Notes under the pieces: generated by a model
What the model was told of the DNA's origin: nothing
Databases searched by the model: none
Seen by the model: the letters and a program-made list of their open reading frames with translations, nothing else
From: a virus
Lineage: Duplodnaviria; Caudoviricetes
Virus record (IMG/VR): IMGVR_UViG_3300029288_000107
Span: 1 to 64,000 of that record
Length of the DNA stretch: 64,000 nt
Strand: one strand, 5' to 3'
In this document: positions 9,482-18,888 of the stretch, in pieces
Layout: each line of letters starts with the position of its first letter
How positions within the stretch are numbered: position 1 is the first letter of the stretch
Made by a program: the position numbers and the translations under genes

Positions 9482-9536
9482 GCGTGGTAGAAGTCAGCGC
9501 GGGGCTGGCACAGACAGATGAGGAAGGGGTTGCGAA

Positions 9537-10601
9537 GTGAACGTAGATGTCAGAACCGAATCCGAATTGCGCGCTGCTATTGCGGCGGGTAACACGCCGG
9601 TCGTTGTCGGAACGATCGAGATGCAGACGGTCGGGACAGAGTCGCCAAATATCGTGGTCGCGGCTGGAGGGTCGTTGAGCATCGTGGCGTGGGAGTCCAG
9701 CCAGCCGCACGTGGAGGCGTGGGAGTCCAGCCAGCCGCACGTGGAGGCGAGGGAGTCCAGCCAGCCGCACGTGGTGGCGTGGGGGTCCAGCCAGCCGCAC
9801 GTGGTGGCGTGGGGGTCCAGCCAGCCGCACGTGGTGGCGAGGGGGTCCAGCCAGCCGCACGTGGTGGCGTGGGGGTCCAGCCAGCCGCACGTGGGGGCGT
9901 GGGGGTCCAGCCAGCCGCACGTGGTGGCGTGGGGGTCCAGCCAGCCGCACGTGGTGGCGAGGGGGTCCAGCCAGCCGCACGTGGTGGCGTGGGGGTCCAG
10001 CCAGCCGCACGTGGTGGCGAGGGGGTCCAGCCAGCCGCACGTGGAGGCGTGGGGGTCCAGCCAGCCGCACGTGGAGGCGAGGGGAACAGTACAACTCTCC
10101 GTGCGCGGAGCGGTCGCCGTCGTTGCCTCTGCGATGGTTGCGATCTGCGTGCTCGGCGGGAATCCGACGATAGATGGCGGCGGATTCGTCACGCGCGTCG
10201 ATCGAAGCACGCCCGAGAAGTGGTGCGAATACTACGGCATCGAGATGGCGGACGGATACGCGCTGCTATACAAGGCCGTGCGCGACGATTACCTGTCGCG
10301 ATACAAAATGTCGTACGCACCCGGGACATGCCCGGAGGCTCCGGACTGGGACGGACCGGCGCGTGAGTGCGGTGGCGGGCTGCACTTCTCGCCGTGCGTT
10401 GCTATGGCGCGAGCGTTCGACGACGAGGCGACACGGTATCTGGCGTGTCCGGTGTTGCTCGCTGAGATGGTCGTGCACCCTGACGGCAACTATCCCGAGA
10501 AGTGCAAGGCGAAGCGGGTGGCGCTGCCGTGTTGGGAGGTGGACGAGGACGGGACGGCCGTGGCGGACGCGGTCGTGAACTGGCCGCCGAAGGAGAGATA
10601 G
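9537..10601 (+). CDS. decapeptide-repeat (beta-helix-like) protein with conserved C-terminal phage domain
   Basis: 13 x (V/I)xA(W/R)(G/E)SSQPH; C-terminal LYKAV...CGGGLHFSP...YLACPV. Confidence 0.8.
   Translation: MNVDVRTESELRAAIAAGNTPVVVGTIEMQTVGTESPNIVVAAGGSLSIVAWESSQPHVEAWESSQPHVEARESSQPHVVAWGSSQPHVVAWGSSQPHVVARGSSQPHVVAWGSSQPHVGAWGSSQPHVVAWGSSQPHVVARGSSQPHVVAWGSSQPHVVARGSSQPHVEAWGSSQPHVEARGTVQLSVRGAVAVVASAMVAICVLGGNPTIDGGGFVTRVDRSTPEKWCEYYGIEMADGYALLYKAVRDDYLSRYKMSYAPGTCPEAPDWDGPARECGGGLHFSPCVAMARAFDDEATRYLACPVLLAEMVVHPDGNYPEKCKAKRVALPCWEVDEDGTAVADAVVNWPPKER
9681..10084 (+). repeat. 30-bp coding tandem repeat, 13 copies
   Basis: Units end in gtccagccagccgcac at 9710, 9740 ... 10070. Confidence 0.97.
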
Positions 10602-10605
10602 GAGG

Positions 10606-10989
10606 ATGACGATGCGGATCAAAGTTGGCGACTGCGTGTGCTTCGACGGCAGCGACTGGAAGGTCGCGGAGTTCGTGGCGGAGGTGCCGGGGACGCCGCG
10701 GATGCAGTTCGCGGTGCTCGTGGAGCTGGTACGGCTGGACCGCATGACCTATCGGACGGTGACCGTTCCGGTCGGCCTACTCGAACGCCTTGAGGCGCTG
10801 GAGGAGGAGGCGGTGGCGGCGGAGGAGACGTGCGAGCGGTTTCGGGTGGCCATGACGCTTGCCTACGGGCACGTGGGGGTGGCGGACGTGCAGTCCGTGC
10901 CGTCCGACGACGCGATCATCATGGGGCACGTGCGAGCGGCAGCGAAGATGCTGAAGGAGGCGCTCCTCCACAAAAAGGAGACGCCATGA
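10606..10989 (+). CDS. hypothetical protein
   Basis: GGAGG RBS; packed ORF. Confidence 0.6.
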   Translation: MTMRIKVGDCVCFDGSDWKVAEFVAEVPGTPRMQFAVLVELVRLDRMTYRTVTVPVGLLERLEALEEEAVAAEETCERFRVAMTLAYGHVGVADVQSVPSDDAIIMGHVRAAAKMLKEALLHKKETP

Positions 10990-11237
10990 CGGTTGGAGAA
11001 CTGCGGAAGTTGTTGGACGGCCTCGCGGACGAGACGCCCGTTGTGATCGCGACCTATGACGAGGACGGTCGCTGTGACTACGAGTACGAATCGGCGAGCG
11101 CGGAACCGATGACGGCGATCCGACTGCACCGGCGCAAGCGGGATTACGGGGACGAGTGGGTGTCGGACAGCGAGGCGAACCTGGTGCAGCGGGCGCAGCA
11201 GCCGCGCAGACGCGAGCAGGTGCTGCTTGTGGGGTGA
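10986..11237 (+). CDS. hypothetical protein (MTVGEL-type; similar to the IS-split gene at 37324)
   Basis: ATGA overlap; MTVGELRKLL...PVVI...VLLVG. Confidence 0.65.
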   Translation: MTVGELRKLLDGLADETPVVIATYDEDGRCDYEYESASAEPMTAIRLHRRKRDYGDEWVSDSEANLVQRAQQPRRREQVLLVG

Positions 11238-11253
11238 CACCGAGGGAGGATCC

Positions 11254-11751
11254 ATGAAGTTGCGTTGCATCGAGTGCGGAGCGTTTGTATCCACGGACCT
11301 GCCGAAGGGCACCGTGGTCCGCGGCACGACGACGTGTCCCGAGTGCGAGGAGCGGCACTCGGAGCTTGCGGCCGTGAAGGCGATCGTGATCCCGTTGGGG
11401 GATCTGTGCGTGGTGCCGCGGCGGACCGTGCGCAGCGACCTGCTGATCCGTCCGCTGTGCGAGGTGCCGGGTGGGGTGGTATGCCGCGCCGGGATGAACG
11501 CGCAGGGGGCCGTGTTCGCGATCCTGTCGGACGGGGGCAAGCTGGGGCTCAAGCCGGGCGAGTTCGACTTCGTGTGCCCCTTCGCGGCGCGCGCGGAGAC
11601 GCTGCTGCCGTGCGAGGACGAGCGGATCCCGGGGCACGGGTGGCGGGTCGTGGGCACGCTGGGGCGGGTGACGGTGGACGGGGTCGATCGGCAGATCGCG
11701 CGGGTCGCCGTCGGGGCGCAGGGCTGGCGGCTGGAGCTGGAGGAGGACTGA
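11254..11751 (+). CDS. zinc-ribbon hypothetical protein
   Basis: CIECG...CPEC; GGAGG RBS. Confidence 0.6.
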   Translation: MKLRCIECGAFVSTDLPKGTVVRGTTTCPECEERHSELAAVKAIVIPLGDLCVVPRRTVRSDLLIRPLCEVPGGVVCRAGMNAQGAVFAILSDGGKLGLKPGEFDFVCPFAARAETLLPCEDERIPGHGWRVVGTLGRVTVDGVDRQIARVAVGAQGWRLELEED

Positions 11752-11752
11752 C

Positions 11753-12160
11753 ATGGAGTACCGAAGTTCGCGGTCCGCGTGTACGTCGCTGCGGTGCGAC
11801 GGGATGCCGGGTGGGGTCCGGTGCGCGAACCGGTTTCACCCGCGGCGGGGCGTGACAAACACGGGGGTGGAGACGAGGCGCAAGGCATACCGGCAGGGGT
11901 GGATCGCGGTGCTGGAGGCGGGCGCGATCCCGCGCGACTTCTGCTGCCGCGAGTGTCAGTCATCGGTTACGGATGGGGGGGGGATGATCATGGATCCGAA
12001 CGCGATGTTGGCGGAGCTGCGGGAGAAAATAAAGGAGGGGCGCGCTCGCGCCCCATTTAGCGAAGATGGGTGGGCGTGGAATGAGATCGTCGATGCGTTT
12101 CAAGCCATCGACGGCTTTCTGTCCGCGGGCGGCTGCCTGCCGGAGGACTGGGCGCGATGA
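11753..12160 (+). CDS. hypothetical protein
   Basis: Packed ORF; C-terminal MDPNA.L...LS.GG.LP.DW module. Confidence 0.55.
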   Translation: MEYRSSRSACTSLRCDGMPGGVRCANRFHPRRGVTNTGVETRRKAYRQGWIAVLEAGAIPRDFCCRECQSSVTDGGGMIMDPNAMLAELREKIKEGRARAPFSEDGWAWNEIVDAFQAIDGFLSAGGCLPEDWAR

Positions 12161-12519
12161 GCAAGAGACCGATCGCGTGGGTGGAAGATCACGGAGTGGC
12201 CGAGTCACGTCACGGAGGAGTTCGGGATCAGGAACTGGAAGCGTTGGGTGCGCGGCACTTCGAGGGTCGCTGGCAGGGTGATGCGATGGCGCTGGCGCAT
12301 GCGGCGTGGGAGGCGGGCTGGGACTCGGCTGTCTTGGCCGCGATTGAGTGGTTGCAGGATCCGGAGAGGTTGAACCGCGCGCAGGAGAAGCTGCGTGAGA
12401 TGTTCAAAGTCGGAGGAGTGCAGTTCGCGAAAGAGACAGGTTACGCAATCTACGGAACGTTGGCGCGTCAGATCGTGCAGGCGGCCGACGGAGGGGCGAA
12501 TGATGGAGAGGTGGCCTGA
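12157..12519 (+). CDS. hypothetical protein
   Basis: ATGA overlap. Confidence 0.55.
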   Translation: MSKRPIAWVEDHGVAESRHGGVRDQELEALGARHFEGRWQGDAMALAHAAWEAGWDSAVLAAIEWLQDPERLNRAQEKLREMFKVGGVQFAKETGYAIYGTLARQIVQAADGGANDGEVA

Positions 12520-12712
12520 ACTGTTTGCGTTGGGGCTGCTGCTGGCGATCGTCGCGGTGGCTGTGCTGTCGTTTGCCAATGGAAAGGTCGTGCCCGTGGA
12601 GCCGTGCCGGTGCGTGTGCGCGTCGTGTCCGGCGCCAGCCGCGTCGGATCCGGTGGATGCGGGGGTGGGGCAGCGGCAGTCGGACTCCGCGATGGAGAAG
12701 CGGGCGAGGTAG
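12500..12712 (+). CDS. small membrane-anchored Cys-rich protein
   Basis: TM segment LFALGLLLAIVAVAVLSF; PCRCVCASC. Confidence 0.5.
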   Translation: MMERWPELFALGLLLAIVAVAVLSFANGKVVPVEPCRCVCASCPAPAASDPVDAGVGQRQSDSAMEKRAR

Positions 12713-12739
12713 CGCACGCGCGTGCGCGGGGAGACGGCG

Positions 12740-13081
12740 ATGAGGGCGCGGCGGCTGAAGCAGATCGCTGACTGGATCAACGCGAACCTAGCGGACGCGG
12801 GCTACCGTGCGGAGGTCGTTCTCGGCTACTGCTCCACGGACACGCACATCGCGGGGACGCGGTTCCGCAGGCCGGGGCAGGGGCGGCATGGGTACCGGTT
12901 GTTCGTGTACCGGCACGCGGACGGGGATCCGACGTTCCGGACGCTGAACGCGCGGGGATCGTGGCCGCGAGAGGGGGAGCACGTCGTGCTGGATCACAAT
13001 GCGGCGGAGACGTACCGGTGCAACCAGGAGGTTGAGGACTGGCTGGCTCGCGAACTGCGCGATCTTGGGAGGGCTCCGTGA
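12740..13081 (+). CDS. hypothetical protein
   Basis: GGAG RBS; packed ORF. Confidence 0.6.
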   Translation: MRARRLKQIADWINANLADAGYRAEVVLGYCSTDTHIAGTRFRRPGQGRHGYRLFVYRHADGDPTFRTLNARGSWPREGEHVVLDHNAAETYRCNQEVEDWLARELRDLGRAP

Positions 13082-13269
13082 GGGCGCGAGACGTGGTCGG
13101 GCGACGGATCATCGGTGTTCGGCAGACACGAATTCGGGACAAGTGCGCCAAGATCGTGATGCACATCGATGCGCTTGTTCTGGACAACGGTGACGAGATC
13201 CACTTCAACGTCGCGGAGCTTGGTTGGGATTACGCCGTGGAATCGTGGATCAAGAGACGGGAGCTGTAG
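13078..13269 (+). CDS. hypothetical protein
   Basis: GTGA overlap. Confidence 0.5.
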   Translation: MRARDVVGRRIIGVRQTRIRDKCAKIVMHIDALVLDNGDEIHFNVAELGWDYAVESWIKRREL

Positions 13270-13270
13270 C

Positions 13271-14131
13271 ATGGCAGCGACGCGCATCGAGTGGTGTAAC
13301 GAGGTCAGCAATTCATTCACCGGCTGCAAGGGCCCGAGCGGGGTGCCGTGCGGTTTCTGCTATGCACGGCGCATGGCGCACCGGCTGGCGGGGGCGCCCG
13401 GGACGGTGTACGGGCGCGTGCGGGCGGCGTGCGGGGACGAGTTCGCGCCCGCGTTCCACGCGGACGTGTGGGAGCGCGCGGTGGAGCGGTACGGGCGCCG
13501 GAAGAAGCCGCGCCGCATCTTCGTGACCAGCATGGGGGACGTGTGCTTCGAGGGCACGGCGGCCTACTTCGACCGTCTGGGGAAGCGGGGCGCGGAGGTG
13601 CGCACGCGCGAGGTGCAGGAGTTGACGGCGGAATTCGCCGAACGGTGCCCGCAGCACACGGCGCTGGTGCTGACGAAGCGGCCCGACCTGCTGGATCGGA
13701 CAGTGGCGTGGCCGTCAAACGTGCACTTGGGCGTGAGCCTGTCGCGCAGTACCGACGCGGGGCGGGTGGACGCGCTGCACAGCTGGTACGGAGCGCAGGC
13801 GGCGTACAACGGGATCGGCGCTGACGGGCAGGCGCGGGGGCCCGGCCTGCTCTGGGCCAGCGTGGAGCCGCTGCTGGACACGTACTTCGATCCGGAGTGC
13901 TTGGCGGGGTTGGGTTGGGTGGTGGTGGGGTTCCAGACGGGGCCGCACCTGGACCCGCACTACCCGATCCACGCGGTGCGATGCATCCGGGACTGGTGCG
14001 CGGACAACAAGGTGCCGCTGTTCTGCAAGGACTCGATCGGGAAGGTGATGCCCGGCTCGTGGGCGTGCTGTTCCGGGGACGCGGGCGCGGAGTGCGCGCC
14101 CATTGAAGAGTGCGAAGGAGGGGAGAGATGA
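13271..14131 (+). CDS. phage Gp37/Gp68 (DUF5131) radical-SAM-like protein
   Basis: TRIEW...N.FTGC......CGFCYARRMA, IFVTSMGD, LTKRP, NVHLGVS, SVEPLL, WVVVG, VPLFCK. Confidence 0.85.
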   Translation: MAATRIEWCNEVSNSFTGCKGPSGVPCGFCYARRMAHRLAGAPGTVYGRVRAACGDEFAPAFHADVWERAVERYGRRKKPRRIFVTSMGDVCFEGTAAYFDRLGKRGAEVRTREVQELTAEFAERCPQHTALVLTKRPDLLDRTVAWPSNVHLGVSLSRSTDAGRVDALHSWYGAQAAYNGIGADGQARGPGLLWASVEPLLDTYFDPECLAGLGWVVVGFQTGPHLDPHYPIHAVRCIRDWCADNKVPLFCKDSIGKVMPGSWACCSGDAGAECAPIEECEGGER

Positions 14132-15354
14132 CAAGCAATACCGTACTGGCTGCAACACACAACATAGCGGAACTTCTCTCTCGCATCTCCGCGCTCGAAT
14201 CCGCGCTCAAACAGGCGCAGGAAGACGCGAGCCGGATGCGGTTCACACTTGGCGCGCTCTTGATGTCGGGAAAACTCGACGACGTGACAGCGAAGGAAGT
14301 TCGAGAACCCGGTGAACAACTGAAGGCGAAGATGGACGAACTCGAATCCGCGCTCGCGGAGAGGGAGCGGGAGATCGAGAGGCTGCGGGAGCGGCTGCAA
14401 ACCGCTGTTGGCGATTGGGGCGTCGCCGTTACGGACAGGATGGAGGCGCTCAAACTGGCCGAAGATGCACTCGCGGTGGCGCGGGAGCGAGAATGCAAGC
14501 GGTACGACTGCCCGTATTGGGGCGCAGAAATCCTGCGCCTACGTTCCGATATTGCAGCGGCGAGGGAGGCGATAAAGAACCTCCAAGCGACGTGCGACGA
14601 GTACGAGATTCGACTTGGTCGGGACATGGACGGAAGACCGCCGATTGACGAACCTGAAGTCCCACTACTCGTTGCCGCGCTCGCGGCGGCGCGGGAGGAA
14701 AACGAGAGGCTGCGGGATGCGCTAGAGTCGAACGGTGGCGCGTGGAAGTTCTGCATCACTGGGCATTGTGAGAAAGAGATTTGTCCACAAGGTCCGGAGT
14801 TTGTTTGTCTATGTCGAGATCCGGCGGATGGATCGTGCGACCTTGCCGAATACTGGCGACAGCACTACGACGAACTCTCCTCCCTCCGCGCGCAGCTCGC
14901 CGCCGCAGAGGAGAAGATCCCGACGCTTGAAAAGGCCAACATGGGCGAGTTCATGGGACACCCGTTTTCGTACTGGCTCGCGCTCGATGACCTCGCGGCG
15001 CGCGACATGCTCCACCACGGGGACGTTGTCGGAGAGGCTCCGCGCAACGATGGCCTTGGTTCGATGCTCGCCGCCGCTCGCGCGGACGCCGTGAGAGAGT
15101 TCGCGGAGTGGCTGTCAACGCGGGGTCATTCTATCGCTGGCAGGAGCGATGTATACTTGGAGAGTCCCATCCACACCGTCGCCCGCTACCTATCCTCGCG
15201 CGGCGTCCCCAGCGCCCGGCCGGATGACGCGGGAAGAATAAAACGTGCTGCACAGGTGATAGCCGACCGCATCGGTTTTTCCCCCGACAATGTGTACGAC
15301 GTTGCGCGCGATGCGCTCGCCGCCGCAGACGTGGCCGAGCGAGGTGGACAATGA
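14128..15354 (+). CDS. mosaic coiled-coil protein (Ead/Ea22-like architecture)
   Basis: Repeated AAAREExERLR / ESALAERERE heptads alternating with lower-GC Cys-rich modules. Confidence 0.6.
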   Translation: MTSNTVLAATHNIAELLSRISALESALKQAQEDASRMRFTLGALLMSGKLDDVTAKEVREPGEQLKAKMDELESALAEREREIERLRERLQTAVGDWGVAVTDRMEALKLAEDALAVARERECKRYDCPYWGAEILRLRSDIAAAREAIKNLQATCDEYEIRLGRDMDGRPPIDEPEVPLLVAALAAAREENERLRDALESNGGAWKFCITGHCEKEICPQGPEFVCLCRDPADGSCDLAEYWRQHYDELSSLRAQLAAAEEKIPTLEKANMGEFMGHPFSYWLALDDLAARDMLHHGDVVGEAPRNDGLGSMLAAARADAVREFAEWLSTRGHSIAGRSDVYLESPIHTVARYLSSRGVPSARPDDAGRIKRAAQVIADRIGFSPDNVYDVARDALAAADVAERGGQ

Positions 15355-15515
15355 CACAAAAATTCACGCCCGAGCAAAACCGCGAATTCAACGCGCTCAT
15401 GCGGGGCATCGAGCAAATGCTCGAAATCTGGAAGGAGTCGCAACTTCCGACGAAAAAAACGGCACGTTCGCGGAAAAACAAACCTGCTACGGCTGGGAAA
15501 AAGAGGGGACGATGA
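15351..15515 (+). CDS. small basic hypothetical protein
   Basis: ATGA overlaps on both sides; MTQKFTPEQNREFNALM... Confidence 0.5.
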   Translation: MTQKFTPEQNREFNALMRGIEQMLEIWKESQLPTKKTARSRKNKPATAGKKRGR

Positions 15516-15844
15516 GCGACATCAACCCGAGGATCGTGGACGGGAAGCCGGTGTTTTCGGGTGATGCAAGTCGCCCATTTTGGAATGCAATCAGACGTGT
15601 CAAGGGACTGAAAACACACGCCGTTTTGTACAGCTACGGATGCAAAGCACAAGAGATGGAATCGGAAAACACGAAACTCCGCCGCCAGCGCGACGAGGCC
15701 CGCCGGGAGTTGTGCGAGATCGGAGCGTCGTACAATTGCAAGATTGATGGATGTTTCGTAACGCCGCTCGAATACGCGATGGACCGTGAGTGGGGGTACC
15801 TGTACGCGGACGCACGCGCGTGCGCGAAGGGAGGCGAGGGATGA
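15512..15844 (+). CDS. hypothetical protein, paralog of 20324-20704
   Basis: MSDINPRIVDG.PV.SG / LRRQRDEA / W.YLY blocks shared. Confidence 0.7.
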   Translation: MSDINPRIVDGKPVFSGDASRPFWNAIRRVKGLKTHAVLYSYGCKAQEMESENTKLRRQRDEARRELCEIGASYNCKIDGCFVTPLEYAMDREWGYLYADARACAKGGEG

Positions 15845-16188
15845 GCGCGGTAACGTGGGACGGGAAATGCACGCGGTGTGGATTGCAGACGACCACCGGA
15901 GGCTGTTTCAACCCGACGTGTCCCAATTACAGTGGGTGCACCACTCACGGGCAGACGGTCATGCAGGCCGCGCCGCCGAGGTGGAGCACGACGCCTCCGA
16001 CGGAGCCGGGGCCGCGTTGGGCTAAGAAGAACGAGGATAGTGAACCAGAGATTGCAGACGTCGTTGCAGACGACGACGGTTGGTTTGTCATGCGGACAGG
16101 CGAATCTTGTGCGTTCGGTGTGCATGAGTTCGCCCTTTGGTGGCCCGTGCCGATCCCCGAGCCGCCGAGAGAGGATGGCGACCGATGA
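15841..16188 (+). CDS. hypothetical protein
   Basis: ATGA overlap; WSTTPPTEPG...WWPVPIPEP. Confidence 0.6.
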   Translation: MSAVTWDGKCTRCGLQTTTGGCFNPTCPNYSGCTTHGQTVMQAAPPRWSTTPPTEPGPRWAKKNEDSEPEIADVVADDDGWFVMRTGESCAFGVHEFALWWPVPIPEPPREDGDR

Positions 16189-16625
16189 AGACGATCCTGA
16201 TGCATGTGTCGGACGAGTTCTACGCGGCCTTGCACGAGGTGGCGGACGGTGTAACGCAGGTTGACGGCATGGGGTTCGTCATCGACGGCGTGCGCGAGGA
16301 GCCGATGTTCAGCGAGGCGGAGGGGGAGGACATCGCGGTCATGGTCTGCAACTTGGCCTGCGCCAAGTGGGCGTTCGTGACGCAGGGGACCGACGCGCAT
16401 CGAACCATTCGGGCGTGCGATCAGGCTACGTCGTCACGGTTCAAGGGGGGCGCCCCGAACAGCTGCCCGAAGTGCCACGAGGAGCTGTGCACGTGGATCG
16501 CGCGCTGCCCGGCCTGTGGCGGCGAGGTGGGCCAGGTGGCGGCCACGTCCTACTACGAGCACCTGGAGAGCGTCATCGCGGATCTGAAGGTGAGGCTGGA
16601 TCTGGAAGAAAGGGAGCGGAAGTGA
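16185..16625 (+). CDS. hypothetical protein with zinc ribbon
   Basis: CPKC...CPACG. Confidence 0.6.
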   Translation: MKTILMHVSDEFYAALHEVADGVTQVDGMGFVIDGVREEPMFSEAEGEDIAVMVCNLACAKWAFVTQGTDAHRTIRACDQATSSRFKGGAPNSCPKCHEELCTWIARCPACGGEVGQVAATSYYEHLESVIADLKVRLDLEERERK

Positions 16626-16804
16626 TCGCGATCTCGTCATGTCTTCTCGGTGCGATCCTGACGTTCGGGTTCGTGTGGGCAGCGTCGGGGATGTGGTCGT
16701 TCGTGGAGGACCTAGACAACAAGGGGCGCGTCGCGATCATCGTCTTGCTGGCGGTGGAGCTGTTCGTGACGTGGATGCTGATCGGGCGTGTCAACGGGTG
16801 GTAG
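16622..16804 (+). CDS. small two-TM membrane protein
   Basis: GTGA overlap; two hydrophobic segments. Confidence 0.5.
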   Translation: MIAISSCLLGAILTFGFVWAASGMWSFVEDLDNKGRVAIIVLLAVELFVTWMLIGRVNGW

Positions 16805-16813
16805 GAGGGCAGG

Positions 16814-17122
16814 ATGGTTGAGGAGAGGTTCTGCGTGGACTGCGGGAAGTCGAGTCGCGCGTGGATCGGCGCCATCGAAGCGAAGGACGGCGGCGTGTGC
16901 GGGGACTGCGCAAGGACACGGTGCGACGCGGTTGGCGAACTGGCGAAGCGTCTGCGCGAGTGGCGCAGGGCCGAGCGCGTTGCGGTAATCGCGATGGTCT
17001 GGTTGGCCGGAAAGTTGTCGAAGAAGGGGAAACTGTCGACGGCCTGGTTGAAGGAGGCGTTCGAGATCGCCGAGAAGGCTGCGGACAAGGAGATGAAAGA
17101 TGAAATCGAACAAGGAAGATAG
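16814..17122 (+). CDS. hypothetical protein
   Basis: GGAGG RBS; CVDCG...CGDC. Confidence 0.55.
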   Translation: MVEERFCVDCGKSSRAWIGAIEAKDGGVCGDCARTRCDAVGELAKRLREWRRAERVAVIAMVWLAGKLSKKGKLSTAWLKEAFEIAEKAADKEMKDEIEQGR

Positions 17123-17564
17123 GTACGAGCGGGAGCGGAGCCGCGCGCGCTGGGTGGGTCACATCCTGACTGGGGTGAGCACGCTCGGCCTCATGGGCAT
17201 CTACACGTACATGCTGCTGGTCATCGCGGACAAGCAGGACCGGATCGAGGCGCTGGAGCGGGGCTGCCCGAATCCGGTGGTCGAGATGGAGGAGTACCGG
17301 GGCGTCGTGCACGCGCTGGACAGGTGCTACCAGCGGCTGGACGAGGAGCAGCAGAACGTGCTGGGCATGCGGTCCGAACTGGACCACTGTGGCTACGTCG
17401 AGCGGATCACGCATCTGGAGCACCCGGACGCGGAGATCAACTGCCAAGGGCTGCTGAACAGGGCCTTGCAGGACGTCTGGTTCGACGCCGAGAGTGCGCT
17501 GTACGACTGCTACGAGGTCAAGCGCAACGAGTGCTGGTGTCCGTTCGAAGAGGAAGATCCGTGA
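17100..17564 (+). CDS. membrane-anchored Cys-containing protein
   Basis: TM segment followed by an acidic helical domain. Confidence 0.6.
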   Translation: MKSNKEDRYERERSRARWVGHILTGVSTLGLMGIYTYMLLVIADKQDRIEALERGCPNPVVEMEEYRGVVHALDRCYQRLDEEQQNVLGMRSELDHCGYVERITHLEHPDAEINCQGLLNRALQDVWFDAESALYDCYEVKRNECWCPFEEEDP

Positions 17565-17830
17565 TGGGCGAGGTAAAGTTCCAGACGCTGGAGGAGGCGG
17601 TGGCGGCGGCGCGGGCGCGGCGCTCGAAGCAGGTGGACTGGTACGAGTTCATCGACGTCGAGACGGGCCTGTGCGCGCTGTGCGGCAACACCGGGATCCT
17701 GCGCGTGGAGTCGCTCAACCCGATGCGCACGCTGCGCCTTGGGTACGAGGGGCCGTGCGTGTGTCCAAACGGGCGATCGATCAAGAAGGGAGTAACGTCG
17801 GCGGCGAGGACGTGGAGCGGTAAGCCATGA
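17564..17830 (+). CDS. hypothetical protein
   Basis: TGATG overlap; CALCGNTG...CVCPNG. Confidence 0.6.
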   Translation: MGEVKFQTLEEAVAAARARRSKQVDWYEFIDVETGLCALCGNTGILRVESLNPMRTLRLGYEGPCVCPNGRSIKKGVTSAARTWSGKP

Positions 17831-18081
17831 AGATCACGAAGTGGATCACGGTGGAGCGGGAGATCGAGGTGGACCTGGACGTGGAGGACCTGCGCAGCCT
17901 GGTGCTGGAGGCGGAGTTCGCGGACCAGCGGGTGGAGGTGCTGGTGTCGCGGGCAGTGACCGTGCTGCGCGCGATCCCGATGGAGCGGCTGAACGAGGCG
18001 ACCCGCCACCTGGTAGCGGTCGCGCTGCGGGACGAGGCGCGGCGGTACGCCACGCGCTTCGATGAGTTGGATCGATGCTGA
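17827..18081 (+). CDS. hypothetical protein
   Basis: ATGA overlap. Confidence 0.6.
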   Translation: MKITKWITVEREIEVDLDVEDLRSLVLEAEFADQRVEVLVSRAVTVLRAIPMERLNEATRHLVAVALRDEARRYATRFDELDRC

Positions 18082-18440
18082 CCGAGGAGCAGTTTCAAGC
18101 GGCGGTTTACGAGGCCATCGAGGCCCACCCGGAGTGGGCGCCGGGCCTCATGGAGGCGGCGCGGCAGGGCCTGCTGGAGCGGGTGCGGCGCGATGCGCAG
18201 CGGGCCGCCGACATGGAGACGATCGCGATCACGGCCTTGGCGCGGACGCCTGCGCGGAGCCTGCGCCGCGACGACATGACCCTCATCCTCGACAAGCTGC
18301 GCGTGCACGAGGGCGGCACCACGTTCCGGTGGGAGCACGTTGTGGACCACCTCCGCAAGGGAGCGGCAGCCGAGGCGGTTCGGAAGCGGAAAAACGGGGC
18401 GCGGCGGGAGCGGCCCTTGACAAGGGACGACCCGACGTAG
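18075..18440 (+). CDS. hypothetical protein
   Basis: GC3-rich packed ORF. Confidence 0.6.
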   Translation: MLTEEQFQAAVYEAIEAHPEWAPGLMEAARQGLLERVRRDAQRAADMETIAITALARTPARSLRRDDMTLILDKLRVHEGGTTFRWEHVVDHLRKGAAAEAVRKRKNGARRERPLTRDDPT

Positions 18441-18451
18441 GGACGATGCGA

Positions 18452-18479
18452 GTTCCGAGGTACGGAACGCTTTTCTCTT
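18452..18479 (+). terminator. probable intrinsic terminator directly before a promoter
   Basis: GTTCCG-aggta-CGGAAC stem followed by gcTTTTCTCTT. Confidence 0.5.
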
Positions 18480-18505
18480 GACACGGCATCGGCACGTGCT
18501 ACAAG
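18478..18505 (+). promoter_or_regulatory. phage sigma70-type promoter (family member 3)
   Basis: TTGACA 18478-18483, 16 bp spacer, TG-n-TACAAG 18500-18505. Confidence 0.75.
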
Positions 18506-18544
18506 GGGAGGGAGCCCGGCGCGAGGCCGGGGAGGAGGCGCGCG

Positions 18545-18886
18545 GTGAAGCTGGTCTACGTGGCGGGCCCGTACCGGGCGGAGACGGGGCAGGAGCGGCA
18601 GCGGAACGTGCTGCGGGCCGCACTGCGCGGCGCCACGGTGGCGAAGCATGGCGGCATGCCGGTGGTGCCGCACTTGCTGACGCGGGGCCTTGAGGGCGCG
18701 GCGGCGGAGGAGTTCTGGATCCGGGGAACCATGGCGGTGCTGGGGCGGTGCGACGCGGTGTTCCTCGTGGAGGGGTGGAAGGGGTCGGTCGGCAGCGTGG
18801 ACGAGGTGGCGGAGGCCGTGCGGATCGGGATCCCGGTGTTCGAGGACGAGCTGGCGTTGGCGCGCTGGCTGCACGGGGAGGTGTAG
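18545..18886 (+). CDS. DUF1937/DUF4406-like (nucleoside deoxyribosyltransferase-fold) protein
   Basis: VYVAGPY...PH...RCDAVFLVEGWKGSVG...E...A...GIPVF. Confidence 0.75.
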   Translation: MKLVYVAGPYRAETGQERQRNVLRAALRGATVAKHGGMPVVPHLLTRGLEGAAAEEFWIRGTMAVLGRCDAVFLVEGWKGSVGSVDEVAEAVRIGIPVFEDELALARWLHGEV

Positions 18887-18888
18887 AG

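Noticed and set aside
9681-10084. 30-bp array as a CRISPR array or DGR target
   Set aside because: There are no spacers and the repeat is in-frame coding. The window contains no reverse transcriptase or separate template repeat, and most adenines in the unit are invariant.
15452-15460. A7C run as another frameshift site
   Set aside because: It lies in a generally A-rich, low-GC small gene that already ends in an ATGA overlap with the next gene.
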